Shown piece by piece: positions 36,398 to 46,496 of a stretch of DNA of 64,000 bases (within the stretch, counting starts at the first letter, position 1; every line of letters begins with the position of its first letter). This DNA is from Candidatus Daviesbacteria bacterium RIFCSPLOWO2_01_FULL_39_23 (lineage in GTDB: Bacteria; Patescibacteriota; Microgenomatia; Daviesbacterales; UBA10151). The translations under genes were made by a program, and so were the position numbers. Under the pieces are notes generated by a model. The model did no database searches, was not told the origin of the DNA, and saw only the letters and a list, made by a program, of their open reading frames with translations. The stretch lies in contig MFDN01000015.1 of the NCBI GenBank assembly GCA_001776935.1, positions 30,130 through 94,129 on the forward strand. Direction: 5' to 3'.

Positions 36398-37346
36398 GCT
36401 TTTTGGCCATCAGATCCAAATCTTTTTGATCGATTGTATTGTCGCCGTTTAAATCAGCTTTTTTATCTTTAGAGCTTTTAGTTTGGCCAATGTTTTGTAA
36501 GACGATCGCGTTGTCAGCCGCATTTATTTTTCCATCGCTGTTTAAATCATAATTGTTCAAATCTTTAGTTGTGGGGCTGGGTTGAGGAATTGTGTTATCA
36601 GGAGGTGCTGAAGCAGTCAGATCTATTTGTTGTCCCAATTTTATAGGCGGCAGAAGCTCGGAGGATGATTTCAGTTTAAAAAGGACGATTGCTTCTCCTT
36701 TATCTGATTGAATAGTTATTTTACCGGTGAGATCATCTTCTAACGGATACACACCTGAAAGATCGTCTTTTCCTACTTGTGAAAGCGGGATTAAGAAATT
36801 CCCTCCTTTTTTGATTAGGGAAGATTGTGTGACAGCTCCTCCGACAGAAAGATATGCGATGCCTTCGTCTAGGGGAATTTCACCATAAAGCACAGACCCG
36901 ATAACGGGTGTGAATCTTGTTTGGATTGTCAGAGGTTGGGAAGTTTCAAAATTTAAAGTTTCTGAAGCTAATTTGCCGGAAATAATTTTAAACTGGTAAC
37001 GTGTTTTAGGTAAAAGGTTTTTTAAGGTAACGTAGTGAATTGACCGGGGTTTTGGTCCAGCTGCGTTTGCGCTCAAATCCCTGTCGTCCAAAACTGTTTT
37101 TTCCCGGGGATCATTTTGTCCCCATGTGATAAAGGACGCAGCTGCAGAGTTTGTTTTCCAGGAAATCACCACGGAATCTTCGGTTATGTTTGTAAAAGTA
37201 ATATTTTGCGGTGTTAAATCAGGCGAAGCTTGAGAAAGAAATGTTTGTTCTTTTAAGACTAAATAAAGGCCCGCTATAATTCCTAAAAAAATTATGGAAA
37301 GACCCAAAAGAGTAGGGATTTTAAATTTGTCAATAAATTTCATCAT
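36366..37346 (-). CDS. Exported Fn3-like + dockerin/EF-hand protein
   Basis: SVVISWKT..HYVTLKNL.P.T.Y; DLNSDGKINAAD and DLNGDNTIDQKD. Confidence 0.8.
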   Translation of the reverse strand: MMKFIDKFKIPTLLGLSIIFLGIIAGLYLVLKEQTFLSQASPDLTPQNITFTNITEDSVVISWKTNSAAASFITWGQNDPREKTVLDDRDLSANAAGPKPRSIHYVTLKNLLPKTRYQFKIISGKLASETLNFETSQPLTIQTRFTPVIGSVLYGEIPLDEGIAYLSVGGAVTQSSLIKKGGNFLIPLSQVGKDDLSGVYPLEDDLTGKITIQSDKGEAIVLFKLKSSSELLPPIKLGQQIDLTASAPPDNTIPQPSPTTKDLNNYDLNSDGKINAADNAIVLQNIGQTKSSKDKKADLNGDNTIDQKDLDLMAKKLKELGAQGIY

Positions 37347-37519
37347 GGTGCGGATTCCAGGCTTTGGGTGTCGAAATCCGGGCTTATGGGTTCCATCACC
37401 TCTTTTGTTTTCTGAGGTATCTCAACTTGGGAACGGGTATGAATAACATCAAAAATAACCCAGGCAATGATTGTGATAAAAGTGAGTATTGCGGCTATTA
37501 GCCATTCTTTGCGTGTCAT
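37343..37519 (-). CDS. Small TM protein in the pilN/pilO cluster (not in ORF track)
   Basis: MTRKEWLIAAILTFITIIAWVIF...ESAP*, 58 aa, abutting both neighbours. Confidence 0.7.
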   Translation of the reverse strand: MTRKEWLIAAILTFITIIAWVIFDVIHTRSQVEIPQKTKEVMEPISPDFDTQSLESAP

Positions 37520-37520
37520 G

Positions 37521-38126
37521 TTATTTTAGATAGTAAGCTTTCCCTGATAAAGACATGATAAGTCCAGAGTCCTCGTTAGTCTTGGTTACAGAGAGGTTAT
37601 CGATAGAGACTAACCTACTACTTGTTTTAAGATCTTGCAAGAGAGCAACTAAGCTTTCGTATTTGCCTTCCAAGTTGAAGATAAAAGAGATCTCGGAAAC
37701 TTGTCCGATTTGACTGCTCAGCTTGGCGTTTATTGTAAGGGGCTGTATCTGTAATGCAGATATAGATGCCTCATGCAGTCGGGCAGCTTCTTCCAGGCTT
37801 TGGACTACAGATTTTAAGCTGATTGCATCAGGGATTGCCTGGGAAATTTTCTCTTTAATATTCTGATCTAAATTATCATAATTTCTCTGCCCTAAAGAAA
37901 GATTGTTTACTTTGTCAGTGACTTTTTGTAAAATTTCTTCTTCATCAGCCAGCTTTTTTTGCAATACTAAAATTGTTTCAACAGTGGGTCTGATTGCAAA
38001 AATAGTGAGTATGGATATTGTTAACAAAGTAAAGATTGTTGGACCGTAATTTTTAATGATAGGTAACTTAGAAATTGGTTTAATGTAGGTAAAATACCGG
38101 GAATAAAGAGTAGATTTATTTTTCAT
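37521..38126 (-). CDS. pilO: Type IV pilus PilO-like protein
   Basis: TM, coiled coil, GKYESLVALLQDL..SSRLVSI. Confidence 0.75.
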   Translation of the reverse strand: MKNKSTLYSRYFTYIKPISKLPIIKNYGPTIFTLLTISILTIFAIRPTVETILVLQKKLADEEEILQKVTDKVNNLSLGQRNYDNLDQNIKEKISQAIPDAISLKSVVQSLEEAARLHEASISALQIQPLTINAKLSSQIGQVSEISFIFNLEGKYESLVALLQDLKTSSRLVSIDNLSVTKTNEDSGLIMSLSGKAYYLK

Positions 38127-38135
38127 AATTTTATT

Positions 38136-38720
38136 TTAAAGACTTTTATTTCCTAAGTTTACCAATTTGGCAGTGGCATCCAAAGTGAATTTAATAACTC
38201 CCTGTTCAAGTCCTACGCTTCCAATATTCGCGCCTGTGAAAGTATTATCTGTCCTAAGGCCCCCGACAAAGCTTGCAAGATCGCTATTTATTTGGGTTTG
38301 TCCGGCAATATGAATCATAGCATTGCCTAGATCTTTTTCTATGCTTATGTTTGTTATTTTGACGCTGGCAGGAGTTTGGTCGGCGATTTTTTTTAAGAGA
38401 ATAGACCAATCAGGCGACCCATTTTTTATATTATTTATGGTTGATAACTTAAGCTGGGTTTGCCTTATCGCTATCTCGTAAGAGCTGAGACTTTCAATGT
38501 AGGGAATTTGTTGTTCTATTGCCTCTTTTTTGGAAGCTATATCTGCATCCAGTTTAAATCTGGCTCCAAATGCGATTAACACTAAGGCTTCTACAAAAAT
38601 AAAGATGAAACGGCCGGAAGAAAGCAGCCAGCGGAAAAGTTTGACCGGAATTTTTTCAGGATTACTTTGAGGCTTTAACAGATCCAGATTAATAGTTAGA
38701 CCGGGTTTACCTTTGGGCAT
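38136..38720 (-). CDS. pilN: Type IV pilus PilN-like protein
   Basis: INLDLL motif, TM, coiled coil, IADQTPASVKITNI. Confidence 0.7.
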   Translation of the reverse strand: MPKGKPGLTINLDLLKPQSNPEKIPVKLFRWLLSSGRFIFIFVEALVLIAFGARFKLDADIASKKEAIEQQIPYIESLSSYEIAIRQTQLKLSTINNIKNGSPDWSILLKKIADQTPASVKITNISIEKDLGNAMIHIAGQTQINSDLASFVGGLRTDNTFTGANIGSVGLEQGVIKFTLDATAKLVNLGNKSL

Positions 38721-38733
38721 GTACCTATTATAC

Positions 38734-38760
38734 TAGGGTTTAGGGTTTAGGGTGTAGGGG
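38734..38760. repeat. 7-mer tandem array (TAGGGTT)n
   Basis: tagggtt tagggtt tagggtg tagggg. Confidence 0.8.
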
Positions 38761-38780
38761 TAAGTTGCGTTTAAGAAAGT

Positions 38781-39860
38781 TTACTTAATAAACTTAAAAG
38801 TAGGAAGAATTTGAGTAAATATTTTTTGTCCTTCCTGAACTTTGGCAACAGGTGTCTTATCTGGAGTAGTGCCTGTTTGCAGCGATAGATGATAGATAAA
38901 TTGCTCGTCTTTAGAGAAAAATACTACCTCATTAATATTTTCACTACCGGCTCTGGGCAGAATTTGTCTGCCTTCCTGACCATTAATAGTTATTTTTTCA
39001 AGTACTGAAGACATATTTGTGTATTCATCTATAGTGTTATAAGACCCGCCTGTAAAAGGGTTCCAATTAGGACCACCGGTGGCGGTAAAGATAAATGTTT
39101 TATCGGGATTTTCAAACACTTCGGCAAAACCATCTGCAGGTGCACGCTCGCTTCTTCTTGTCCACTCGGAGGGAAGCTTGAAGCTGATATTTTCAACCTG
39201 ATGTGTTTTCCAGCTTGTTTCAGCTTGATCGGGGTCGCTGGTTGGACCTGAGGAAGCAGGAAGAAATTTGAATGTAGAGAGAATTTTTTCTCCTGTTGAA
39301 GATAAACCTGGTTCAAATACCAGTTTATAAATTTTCCCCTTATAAAGGGAAAGCAAAGTATAGCTTCCCCATGGGCCGCCGGTATTGCCCATTAAAGCCG
39401 GTTGCTGATCGATTATGGTATTTTTGATTTTTATCCCTGCTATATCTAAATTTCCTCCGCTGGTTAATTCTTTTTTTAAGTCGTTTAAGGTCAAAGTCTC
39501 TTTGTTATCTTTGACAGAAATGGTTAATTGGAAATTATCCATAGCTAAATCTTTGGCTTCTTGTTTATCTACAGCAACGGTAAATGAAGTTAACGAGCTG
39601 TCTTGTACTAAAACCCCGTCAACAGAGTATCTGCCGCCTTCTGTAATCTCCGCTTTTGGTGGATACTTAAGCGAATAACCAAGTGTAGTATTTGTATAAA
39701 TTTTCCACTCAAATGTTTCATCGGGCATTGAAGAAGGCGAGGGGGTGGGCTGAACAGGTTTGGTAGAAATTTGTTTACCCAAATAAAACGCTCCTGCTCC
39801 GACAATAATCAAAGCAACTATACCCAGAATCATAAATTGCCCAAAACCTTTTTGGTTCAT
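38781..39860 (-). CDS. Exported protein with MNQKGF N-terminus and two PsbP-like repeats
   Basis: WKIYTN..YSLKYP...ILSTFKF and WKTH..SFKLP...ILPTFKF. Confidence 0.7.
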   Translation of the reverse strand: MNQKGFGQFMILGIVALIIVGAGAFYLGKQISTKPVQPTPSPSSMPDETFEWKIYTNTTLGYSLKYPPKAEITEGGRYSVDGVLVQDSSLTSFTVAVDKQEAKDLAMDNFQLTISVKDNKETLTLNDLKKELTSGGNLDIAGIKIKNTIIDQQPALMGNTGGPWGSYTLLSLYKGKIYKLVFEPGLSSTGEKILSTFKFLPASSGPTSDPDQAETSWKTHQVENISFKLPSEWTRRSERAPADGFAEVFENPDKTFIFTATGGPNWNPFTGGSYNTIDEYTNMSSVLEKITINGQEGRQILPRAGSENINEVVFFSKDEQFIYHLSLQTGTTPDKTPVAKVQEGQKIFTQILPTFKFIK

Positions 39861-39907
39861 TAAATTAACTATATACTTCCTTCGGAAGACTGTAAACTAA
39901 TCGATAA

Positions 39908-40204
39908 TTATTTGGATTTGGGAGGGGATTTTTTGGGAGCAGTTTTCTTAACAGATTTTTCAGGTGCAGTAGTTTTGACTTCTTTGGATAATCTTGATTT
40001 TAATCGGGAAGCTTTATTGGGGTGGATCAGGTGGACTTTAGCCGCTTTATCCAAGGCAGAAAAAGCTGCTTGCAGATTTTTATCGGATTTGTTTATTCTT
40101 GCTTTTTTCACTAATGATTTAAGGGCTGCTTCCCTTTTGTCGTTACGGATTGTTCTGACTTTATCTTTCCGGACTTTTTTAATTGCTGACTTAATGATCG
40201 GCAT
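39908..40204 (-). CDS. rpsT: 30S ribosomal protein S20
   Basis: MPIIKSAIK, LDKAAK, HPNKASRLKSRL. Confidence 0.95.
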   Translation of the reverse strand: MPIIKSAIKKVRKDKVRTIRNDKREAALKSLVKKARINKSDKNLQAAFSALDKAAKVHLIHPNKASRLKSRLSKEVKTTAPEKSVKKTAPKKSPPKSK

Positions 40205-40300
40205 ATTTTATATTTTCTCGTTTAGAGATTATTTCGGAATGGTATCATAGCCACTATTACATTGCAAGATTATCTAATATAATAATTTAGCCCAAAAAAT

Positions 40301-41935
40301 ATGGTTAAAAACATTGTCAGACTTCTTTATTCCAGACAAACATCAATTTTATCCGCCGCCTCAATAATAATGGCGACGATGATGCTGTCTAAGGTGCTGG
40401 GATTAATCCGAGACCGGTTACTGGCCCATGTATTTTTACCGGAGAAGATTGATATTTTTTGGGCGGCATTCAGATTGCCTGATTTAATATTTCAGATAAT
40501 AATTTTAGGCGCATTGTCGGTTGCCTTCATCCCTGTTTTTACAGAGCATTTGGAGAATAAAGGCAAAGAAGATGCTTTTGCCATGGCCAGGGCAGTTTTG
40601 AGCGTAGCATTGGCTATATTCATCGTTATCACGGTTGTAATGTATATTTTTGCAGAACCGATAATCGGCAGTTTCATTGCGCCCGGATTTTCATTGGCAA
40701 GACAGCTTCAGGTGGTGGAGCTGACCAGGATCATTTTATTTGGCCAGGTTATTTTGGTTTTCGGGTCTTTTTTTATCGGTATTTCGCAGTCTTTTCAAAG
40801 GTTTATTATTCCTTCTCTTGCGCCGGTATTCTATAACTTCGGGATTATTTTAGGGATAGTTTTTTTGTCTAAGCAATGGGGTATTACCGGTGCAGCTTAC
40901 GGCGTAGTGATAGGCGCTTTTTTGCATGCGGCTATTCAATTGCCTTTAATTTGGTCAATAGGATTCAGGTTCAAGCTGCCGCTTAACTTTTTTAATACTG
41001 GTGTAAGGGAAATAATGAGACTGATGAGTGTCCGGACAATTGGGCTTTCTGCCGAACAGATAAACGAAACAGTAGGACTGGCTTTGGCTTCAATAGCTTC
41101 TGTCGGGTCTGTGACTTTTTTGACCTTTGCTCAACATTTGCAGGTGGTGCCGATTGGTCTTTTTGGGGCAACGCTGGCCCAGGCCGCTTTGCCGGTTTTA
41201 TCTGCCGAGCGGGCGCGGGGAAAAATAGAAGAATTTAAGATAACGATTTTGACAACACTTCAGCAAATTCTCTTTCTGACTCTGCCGGCAACGGTAATTC
41301 TTATTGTAATTAGAATTCCTGTGGTAAGGCTTATTTTTGGCGCTTCCCAATTTAACTGGGAGGCCACAGTTCTAACCGGTGCGACCCTGGCTTTTCTTTC
41401 TGTAGGGCTGGCTGCTCAGGCAATTTCACTTCTTTTGGTAAGAGGCTTTTATGCATTAAAAGATACCAAAACACCTGTTTTGGTATCTTTGTTTGTAGTG
41501 ATGTTAAATATTATTTTAGGTGTATATTTAATTGTAATTTTAAAGCTTGATGTTTGGAGTATTGGATTGGCAAATTCTACTGCCGCTATTGTCTCAGCGG
41601 TGTTGCTTTTCTGGGCGCTTCATAAAAAGGTGGGGAATTTTGATTTAAAGAGCGTGCTGGGTCCTTTTTCAAAAATGCTGATGGCAACCATAATAATGGG
41701 CGCTTCTTTATACATACCTATAAAACTATTGGACCAGGTAATTTTTGATACCACAAGGACTATAAACCTTTTAGTTTTAACCGGACTTTCTTCAATATTT
41801 GCCTTATCTATTTATGTGGCAGTGGTTTGGTTTTTGAAAGTCAGGGAACTCAGTACATATTTGGAACTTATTAAAAGATTCGGCAGGTGGCAAAGTGTTG
41901 TTAAATCCAAAGAAATCCTTCCTGAGACTGTTTAG
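40301..41935 (+). CDS. murJ: Lipid II flippase MurJ
   Basis: SKVLGLIRD, AFRLPD, GALSVAFIPVF, FYALKDTKTP. Confidence 0.93.
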   Translation: MVKNIVRLLYSRQTSILSAASIIMATMMLSKVLGLIRDRLLAHVFLPEKIDIFWAAFRLPDLIFQIIILGALSVAFIPVFTEHLENKGKEDAFAMARAVLSVALAIFIVITVVMYIFAEPIIGSFIAPGFSLARQLQVVELTRIILFGQVILVFGSFFIGISQSFQRFIIPSLAPVFYNFGIILGIVFLSKQWGITGAAYGVVIGAFLHAAIQLPLIWSIGFRFKLPLNFFNTGVREIMRLMSVRTIGLSAEQINETVGLALASIASVGSVTFLTFAQHLQVVPIGLFGATLAQAALPVLSAERARGKIEEFKITILTTLQQILFLTLPATVILIVIRIPVVRLIFGASQFNWEATVLTGATLAFLSVGLAAQAISLLLVRGFYALKDTKTPVLVSLFVVMLNIILGVYLIVILKLDVWSIGLANSTAAIVSAVLLFWALHKKVGNFDLKSVLGPFSKMLMATIIMGASLYIPIKLLDQVIFDTTRTINLLVLTGLSSIFALSIYVAVVWFLKVRELSTYLELIKRFGRWQSVVKSKEILPETV

Positions 41936-41959
41936 CCGTAACCTGATACAATACCCTCT

Positions 41960-43753
41960 ATGAATATAAGGAATTTCTCGATTATTGCGCATATTGACCA
42001 CGGCAAGTCTACTTTGGCAGACAGATTGCTGGAAATAACAGGCACTGTGACCGGAGATAAAATGAAGCCTCAATTACTCGATTCACTCGCCCTGGAGCGC
42101 GAGCGCGGCATTACTATCAAACTTGCTCCTGTGCGCTTAAACTATACCCTGCCTCCGAAGGAGGGGCGTGTTAACGCTATACCCTACACCCTGAACTTGA
42201 TAGATACTCCCGGCCATGTAGATTTTTCGTACGAAGTCTCCCGGGCTTTGGCAGCAGTAGAAGGAGCGGTTTTATTGGTTGATGCCACCCAAGGGATACA
42301 GGCGCAAACTTTAGCGCACGGTCTGGCAGCTTTGGAGCAAAACCTGCTACTGATTCCGGTGGTTAATAAAATCGATCTTCCGAACGCAGATTGCGAAAAC
42401 GCCAAGAAACAACTAATTGATACTTTTGGGTTTTCAGAAGAAGAAATACTTTTGGTTTCCGGTAAAACCGGTCAGGGCGTAGACAAGCTTTTGGAGGCAA
42501 TAGTTACAAAAATTCCTCCTCCCAAACAGGAAAAAGATAAGCCGTTTAAAGCTTTAATTTTTGATTCATTTTTTGATAGTTTTAAAGGAGTGGTTGCGCA
42601 GGTGAGAGTTATGGAAGGAACTACCCCAAAAAATCAGGAACCTATTGTCTTTTTAGGAACTAAAGCTTCGGGTCATGTTTTGGAAACAGGTTTTTTTACC
42701 CCCCAGCTTATTGCAAACAGCGGTCTTTCGGCAGGGGAAATAGGCTATATTGCCACCGGCATTAAAGAGCCGGATTTAGTGCGTGTTGGTGATACCATTG
42801 CAGCTGATTTTTTTCCCCAGCCTTTGCCTGGTTATAAAGAAGTTAAACCAATGGTTTTTGTGGGGCTTTTCCCCATAGATGCTGATGAATATTTTGAGCT
42901 TAAAGAAGCTTTGGCAAAATTCCGCTTAACTGACCCTGCTTTTTCCTATGTTCCTGAACACTCTCAGGCTTTGGGGGCAGGTTTTCGGTGTGGCTTTTTA
43001 GGGCTACTTCATGCAGAAGTGGTACAGGAAAGGTTGTCAGGGGAGTTTAATGTGGACCTTTTGGCAACTGCCCCCTCTGTTGGATATTTATTAAATGATT
43101 CTCCTATAACTTCGCCAAGTGATTTAGCGCAGGGGGAAAATATAAAGGGTTTAAAAGAGCCCTGGGTTAAACTTCGGATTTTTGTTCCTCAAACTTATAT
43201 CGGCCCGGTTATGGAACTGGTGCAGGATAAAAGGGGAAAGTTTTTGGATATGCAGCATTTTGGAGTTGCTGTTGAGATGAGTTATGAAATGCCCTTATCA
43301 GAGATGGTTTCTAATTTTTATGACCGGTTGAAATCCGTTTCCTCCGGCTTTGCATCTTTGGATTGGGAGCTTTTGGATTATAGGGAAGTGGATGCTGTAC
43401 GGGTGGATATTTTAGTGGGAGGAGAAAAGGTAGATGCGCTGTCTACCATAGTTTACCGGCCCAAAGCAGAAGGTTTTGGCCGCAGGATGGTTGAAAAATT
43501 AAAAGAGGTTTTGCCACGGCAAAATTTTGTTATAGCAATTCAGGCGGCTATTGGGGGGACTATTATTGCCCGGGAAACTTTGTCAGCATTTCGGAAGGAT
43601 GTTTTGATGCATGGTAGCAAGGTTGTCGGCGGAGGAGACTACAGCCGCAAGAGAAAGCTTTTGGAAAAACAGAAAAAAGGTAAGAAAAAAATGAAAATGG
43701 TCGGCAGCGTAGAAATCCCCCAGGAAGCATTTTTAAGTATTTTGAAATCGTAA
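41960..43753 (+). CDS. lepA: Elongation factor 4
   Basis: IRNFSIIAHIDHGKSTLADR, GFRCGFLGLLH, IPQEAF. Confidence 0.97.
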   Translation: MNIRNFSIIAHIDHGKSTLADRLLEITGTVTGDKMKPQLLDSLALERERGITIKLAPVRLNYTLPPKEGRVNAIPYTLNLIDTPGHVDFSYEVSRALAAVEGAVLLVDATQGIQAQTLAHGLAALEQNLLLIPVVNKIDLPNADCENAKKQLIDTFGFSEEEILLVSGKTGQGVDKLLEAIVTKIPPPKQEKDKPFKALIFDSFFDSFKGVVAQVRVMEGTTPKNQEPIVFLGTKASGHVLETGFFTPQLIANSGLSAGEIGYIATGIKEPDLVRVGDTIAADFFPQPLPGYKEVKPMVFVGLFPIDADEYFELKEALAKFRLTDPAFSYVPEHSQALGAGFRCGFLGLLHAEVVQERLSGEFNVDLLATAPSVGYLLNDSPITSPSDLAQGENIKGLKEPWVKLRIFVPQTYIGPVMELVQDKRGKFLDMQHFGVAVEMSYEMPLSEMVSNFYDRLKSVSSGFASLDWELLDYREVDAVRVDILVGGEKVDALSTIVYRPKAEGFGRRMVEKLKEVLPRQNFVIAIQAAIGGTIIARETLSAFRKDVLMHGSKVVGGGDYSRKRKLLEKQKKGKKKMKMVGSVEIPQEAFLSILKS

Positions 43754-43764
43754 GCTATCCGCTT

Positions 43765-43998
43765 GTCGCGGTCGCAAAGCACTTGGTGGTGGGTGATTGC
43801 TTTGACTGACTCGCGACTCGCTCTTTGTGATTTATATCTTTGACTTGGAACAAAGCGCGTTAAAAATTCTGCAGTGAGTGCAACAGGGCGAGCCTGCATT
43901 TATGGCAGAGGGGGTTGCCATCCCCCGTTAAACGAACGAAAGAATTTAGCGCAACTTCCCGTCAAAGAAACTTTTGGTACTTTTGGTTACAAAAGGAC
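43765..43998. other. GC-rich multi-hairpin intergenic element (candidate ncRNA or non-autonomous element)
   Basis: gtcgcg/cgcgac, caaagca/tgctttg, ctttgt/acaaag, gggg/cccc stems. Confidence 0.5.
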
Positions 43999-44058
43999 AT
44001 TAAAAAAGAAATTTTGCGACTAAAAGTGTCAATAAAGGTAATTTTGTATAATACTGGA

Positions 44059-44568
44059 ATGAAAAAGTATGTTTTTAAGCCTTACCTTACGATTTTCCCG
44101 GATCTTTATAAAAAAGAAGAGGCAAGGATAAAAAAGATTTTAGACAAAGATGATTTGATCGAGCATTTTGGCAGTACGGCTGTTCCGGGGTTAGGCGGTA
44201 AGGGGATAATAGATATTTATATTGCTACAAAGAAAAATAGAATGAAGGCTTTATCGGAGGAACTTCAAAAATTAGGCTATGAGTATAGACCGCAAGCTGT
44301 TTCTGAAGAACGTTTATTCCACAAAATCTCTTTACCAGATCCGGTGGAGGGAGAACGTGTTTATCGTGTCCATGTGGCTTTTATCAAAAATAAGGATTGG
44401 GTTAATGCAATTAAACTTAGGGATTATTTAAGAAAACATCCTGCAGATGCTCAAAAATATGCAAAAGTAAAAAAAATTGCAGCAAAAAAAGCAAAAGAAG
44501 AAAGGGAAATTTATATTCAAATCAAAGGCCCTGTTTTAGAAGAGATACTAGAAAAAGCATTAAAATAA
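44059..44568 (+). CDS. GrpB/UPF0157 nucleotidyltransferase-fold protein
   Basis: IEHFGSTAVPGL.GK.IIDI, LRDYLR; TATAAT 6 nt before ATG 44059. Confidence 0.88.
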   Translation: MKKYVFKPYLTIFPDLYKKEEARIKKILDKDDLIEHFGSTAVPGLGGKGIIDIYIATKKNRMKALSEELQKLGYEYRPQAVSEERLFHKISLPDPVEGERVYRVHVAFIKNKDWVNAIKLRDYLRKHPADAQKYAKVKKIAAKKAKEEREIYIQIKGPVLEEILEKALK

Positions 44569-44657
44569 TAAAAAATTGCAAAAGTTAGGGGTAAGTTTGA
44601 CTGGTACGGCAGAAACTTCTTCTGTAAGATTCGTGGCAATTCTGATATCATTTGTGA

Positions 44658-44843
44658 ATGATTCAAGCTCAATCAGCATTGAAAATCAGAGAAGTAGAAA
44701 TCCAGTGTTCTATTTGCGGTAGTCGCTTTATCACAAAGATTTTTCCTGATAGGACGTATAAAAGCGGTAATTGTTTTGGCAGCATAGGCGGCAAGGGGAA
44801 AAAGTTTGAGTATTGGGAATGCGATGAGTGTTATAAACAGTAA
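44658..44843 (+). CDS. Small zinc-ribbon protein
   Basis: CSIC...CDEC; abuts the next gene. Confidence 0.55.
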   Translation: MIQAQSALKIREVEIQCSICGSRFITKIFPDRTYKSGNCFGSIGGKGKKFEYWECDECYKQ

Positions 44844-45817
44844 TGAAAATTATTAAGTCGAAGAAATTGAATATTGGAGATACTATTGGGATTGTGGCCT
44901 CATCTTTGCCGGTTTTACCTTCCTTTAAAGAAAATTATGAGCGGGGGAAGAAGATTTTGACTGATTTAGGATTTAAGGTTAAGGAGGGCAAGACAATCGG
45001 GAAGAGCAGATGGTGGGCAGCAGGAACCCCCAAAGAGGTGGCAGAGGATATTAACTCCATGTTTGCAGATAAGTCTATTAAAGCCATCATGGCTCAAACA
45101 GGAGGCTATTCTGCAAGTTCTGTTTTGGAATATTTAGACTATGAATTAATAACTAATAACCCAAAACCCTATATCGGCATAAGCGATGTGACAAATTTCC
45201 ATATGGCTTTTTTGACCAAATGCCATATGGTTGGATTTCATATGGATGATGTGACTTTTGGTTTGGGAAATCCCTGGGCAGAAGGAGAAGAACATTTAGG
45301 AGAATTTGACAGGGAAGTATTTTTAAAATTCTTGACTCAAACAGAACCTGTAGGAATCATTCCGCCTTTGACAGAATGGGAAGAATGGAAAAAAGGCAAA
45401 GCAGAAGGGTTATTAAGCGGGGGTAATTTGCATCTTTTAGTCAACTTAATCGGTACCCCCTATTTTCCGCCTAAAGAATTTTTTAAAGGAGCCATTCTTT
45501 TTTGGGAAGAGGTGGGGGAGCCTTTGCACAACATTGCCAGATTCTTAACTCATCTAAAGTATGCCGGAATCCTGGACCAAATCTCCGGGATGCTAATTGG
45601 TAAAATTACTTACATAAAGCCTCCCCGAGAGAAAGAAGTAATTGAACCGCATGTTAAAGAAATGATTTTGGAAATTTTCAAGGATTATAAATTCCCCATT
45701 ATGGCAAATTTGGACTTTGGTCACTATACAGTTAATATCCCGATGCCTGTGGGCATTAAAGCCTCGTTTGATACTTCAAAGTCCGAGTTAAACTTTTTAG
45801 AAGGGGCAGTAGTTTAA
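44843..45817 (+). CDS. S66 peptidase (LD-carboxypeptidase/MccF-like)
   Basis: GGYS, GISD, GGNL, WEE, DFGH triad motifs. Confidence 0.9.
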   Translation: MKIIKSKKLNIGDTIGIVASSLPVLPSFKENYERGKKILTDLGFKVKEGKTIGKSRWWAAGTPKEVAEDINSMFADKSIKAIMAQTGGYSASSVLEYLDYELITNNPKPYIGISDVTNFHMAFLTKCHMVGFHMDDVTFGLGNPWAEGEEHLGEFDREVFLKFLTQTEPVGIIPPLTEWEEWKKGKAEGLLSGGNLHLLVNLIGTPYFPPKEFFKGAILFWEEVGEPLHNIARFLTHLKYAGILDQISGMLIGKITYIKPPREKEVIEPHVKEMILEIFKDYKFPIMANLDFGHYTVNIPMPVGIKASFDTSKSELNFLEGAVV

Positions 45818-46465
45818 ATGTCAAATAAAATAAAGGCGGTAATTTTTGATATGGATGGTTTGATGATTGATACAGAACCGTTACATCTTTTAGCTTTTAA
45901 CGAAGTTTTTAAAAAATATGAAAAATTTTTATCTGCTGAAGAAAATACCAAAAGATATGTGGGAGTGTCGGACAAAGATGCCATAACAGATATGGTTATC
46001 AGATTCCATTTGCCTCTTTCCTCAAATGAACTGGCTTCGGCTAAACAAACAGAATATAAGAAATTAATACAGGAACAGTTAGTGCCTTTGCCGGGACTGA
46101 TTGGATTGTTGAAAAATTTACAAGATAACGGTTATAAAACCGCCATTGCTTCCGGTTCCACTAAAGAGGAGATAGAAATGGTTATAAAAAGGTTAGGGAT
46201 TGCTCCTTATATAGAAATCTATATTTCAGCTGACCAGGTGCAAAAAGGCAAACCGGCTCCGGATATATTTTTAAAAGCCGCAGAAAAATTAGGTGTTAAA
46301 CCAAATGAATGTTTGGTGCTGGAAGATGCGCCTAAAGGAGTACAGGCAGCCAAATCAGCGGGGATGATTTGTTTTGCAATTCCCAGTCTGCAAACTCAAG
46401 GGCAAGATTTTAGTCTGGCAGACAAAGTCTTAAATAATTTATCCCAGGTTTTTCAAATTATCTAA
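45818..46465 (+). CDS. HAD-superfamily phosphatase
   Basis: FDMDG, KPAPD, LEDA. Confidence 0.92.
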   Translation: MSNKIKAVIFDMDGLMIDTEPLHLLAFNEVFKKYEKFLSAEENTKRYVGVSDKDAITDMVIRFHLPLSSNELASAKQTEYKKLIQEQLVPLPGLIGLLKNLQDNGYKTAIASGSTKEEIEMVIKRLGIAPYIEIYISADQVQKGKPAPDIFLKAAEKLGVKPNECLVLEDAPKGVQAAKSAGMICFAIPSLQTQGQDFSLADKVLNNLSQVFQII

Positions 46466-46495
46466 CTTCTATCTTCCATCATCTATCGTCCAGCT
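46461..46495. repeat. 7-mer tandem array between convergent genes
   Basis: tctaact tctatct tccatca tctatcg tccagct. Confidence 0.7.
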
Positions 46496-46496
46496 T

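Noticed and set aside
37053-37080. GC-rich patch (DLSANAAGP) as another in-frame element
   Set aside because: Weak palindrome only; no second copy in the window.
38734-38760. TTTAGGG plant-telomere-like repeat suggesting contamination
   Set aside because: Only about 4 degenerate units between bacterial genes; it fits the local 7-mer array class.
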